From assembly GCA_026770705.1 (NCBI GenBank), contig JANJGN010000035.1, forward strand, positions 310,001-374,000: 64,000 bases of DNA, in the 5' to 3' direction. Below the pieces are notes generated by a model. The model was not told the DNA's origin, did no database searches, and saw only the letters and a program-made list of their open reading frames with translations. The position numbers and the translations under genes are program-made. Positions 62,055 to 64,000 of the stretch are shown here, in pieces. The first letter of the stretch is position 1; each line of letters starts with the position of its first letter. Origin of the DNA: Isurus oxyrinchus (lineage: Eukaryota).

Positions 62055-62280
62055 ACAGTACGGAGGCTGGAAATATGAAACAAAAACAATCAGTGGTGAA
62101 AAAACTCAGCATTTCTGACAGCATCTATGGAGAGAAAGGCACAGTTAACTTTTAGACACCGTATGACTTACTCAGAACGTTCTGAGGAAGAGTCATATGG
62201 AGCTGAAACGTTAGCTCTGCCGTTCACTTCACAGTTGATGTCAGTAGTGTTGACTTTTTCCAGCACTTTTTCTTTTGGTA
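62055..62280. mobile_element. Inverted Penelope-end element with hammerhead-like core
   Basis: Inverted arms around ~62178; CTGAGGA...GAAACGTT at 62182-62212. Confidence 0.7.
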
Positions 62281-63209
62281 TCCATTTATATCGTCTTCTT
62301 TTCTTCTCTTCTGAAAATCTGAACGACCTCGGAATTCTGCATGTTGTCTTTAATCTGTCAATTGTTTCCCAACGCAATGAAGCAATTAAAACCCCTTTTC
62401 AGACCCGTTGCATCGTCCCCACAACTTAATAACCTATCTACCTTTGTATGTTAACGAATTTAGCTCAAGCCAAGTCTGATCCTTCATCGAATTGATTAAG
62501 ACCAATCGTAAATAGTGAAGACCGTGCAGGTATTCCCGTGGCCCTCCAGTATGTGCAATTTGTGATCCTGAAATTGGTCCATATATCACAAGTCTTTGTG
62601 ATCTGTTAGTTGTTCAGCCCATTTCCATTGCTAACATATCATCTCTCCCCCATCCTCACCGCCTCACTGCCTACTTTTTATATATTAAGCTTTAATGTGG
62701 TACCATACAAAATCTGTTTTGGGAACCCACGCTCTACATCTGCTAGTAATCCATTAGCCAACCTCATTGTTACATCCTGATCGAGCTTTACTAAATGCAT
62801 CATTCACATTTCCCTGTCATGCCGTCACTGGCTGATTGAATTATGTTTTCTTCCCTTCATTTCCTGTTTCTTCATCCATAAAAAATGCATTCTGGCAGTT
62901 TCACAATGAGTGATATTAGGTTAACTGGTCTGATGTATGTTTCCGTCCTTTGAGTATTGAAGCTGCAGTCACAAAGACTCAAAAAGTTAACCAAGCCTTT
63001 CTCTCTGCAGATGCTATCTATCTTGCTGCGTTTTCCCGGCACATTTTGTTTTTGATTCAGACATTACCTGTAGCCTGAAACGAGTGGAAATAAGGTTGGG
63101 GGAGGAGGGGAGGAGGGAGATGTTCTTGAATGCAATGTTTTACAGCATTTTGGAAACATTGTGTGCCTTAAAAATATTCTGGCATTAGTACTGAATTCTT
63201 GTGCCCAAG

Positions 63210-64000
63210 AAATTGCCAGACGTATAGAAAAGCTGTTCCAGTACAGCGACAACACGGCAATCTACGCAGCTATATGGAAGGTTGCCCAGGTATGTCTTTG
63301 ACACAAAAAGCAGGGCAAATCCACCCCAGCTAATCACGACCCCCACCAGTCTACACTGGTCATCAATAAAGCAACGGGAAGGGTCATCAACAGTGCTATC
63401 AAGCAGAAATTGTTTAGCAATAACCTACTCACCGACTCGCAGTTTGGGTCCCGCCTAGGCCACGCAGCTCCTGGCCTCATTGCACCCTTGTTTCAAAAAC
63501 AAGCAAGAGAGTAGAACTCCTGAGCTGAGGTGAGTGTCAGTGCCCTTGACATCAAGGCAGCACTTGCCCGAGTGTGGTGTCAAGGAGCACTGGCAAAATT
63601 GGAATCAATGGTTATCATGTGGAAAGCTGACCTCTGGTCGGAGGCTTACCAGACACAAAGGAAAACGTTTCTGGTTGTTAGTGGTCACTCATCTCAGCTC
63701 CATGTCATCAGCACAGGAATTCCTTAGGATAGTGTCCGAGAACCAAGCTTCTTAAACTGCTTCTTCAAAGATCTTCCTTGAATCATAAAGTCAGAAGTGG
63801 GGATGATTGCACAATGTTCAGCACCATTCTCGACACCTCAGGTACTGAAGTAATCCACGTCCAAATGCAGCAAAACATGAACTACATTCCGGCTTGGGCT
63901 GACGAGTGGCAGGCAATGCTCAATTCCAACAAGAGATAATGCAACCATCGCGACTTGATGTTCAATGCCATTACCATCACTGAATCCTCCATTATCAACA
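63210..64000 (+). mobile_element. CR1-group LINE family B RT fragment, runs off the window
   Basis: IWKVAQV, VSALDIKAALARVWCQGALAKLES, TGIP*DSV. Confidence 0.88.

Overview
Eukaryotic, repeat-rich DNA, most likely a cartilaginous fish (shark-type CR1/L2/Penelope repeats and GPR139-like GPCR relics; taxon is inference). I find no intact protein-coding gene, and nearly all listed ORFs are spurious or retroelement fragments. The window is built from old, diverged direct duplications (about 1-5.7 kb vs 56.4-62 kb; 18.8-26.1 kb vs 30.9-40 kb; 47.6-49.8 kb vs 50.8-53 kb; smaller ones). It holds one intact tRNA-Asp(GTC), one near-intact tRNA-Ile(AAT) and about a dozen decayed Ser/Lys/Gly/Thr tRNA copies. 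It also holds two GPR139/GPR142-like GPCR pseudogenes, an H3.3 processed pseudogene, a canonical H3 3' fragment with a perfect stem-loop and a Copia-like LTR remnant. The most notable item is a five-exon BEN-domain pseudogene (N-terminal domain, coiled coil, BEN) in two copies, which the ORF track misses. All alignments were done by eye; repeat boundaries are approximate.
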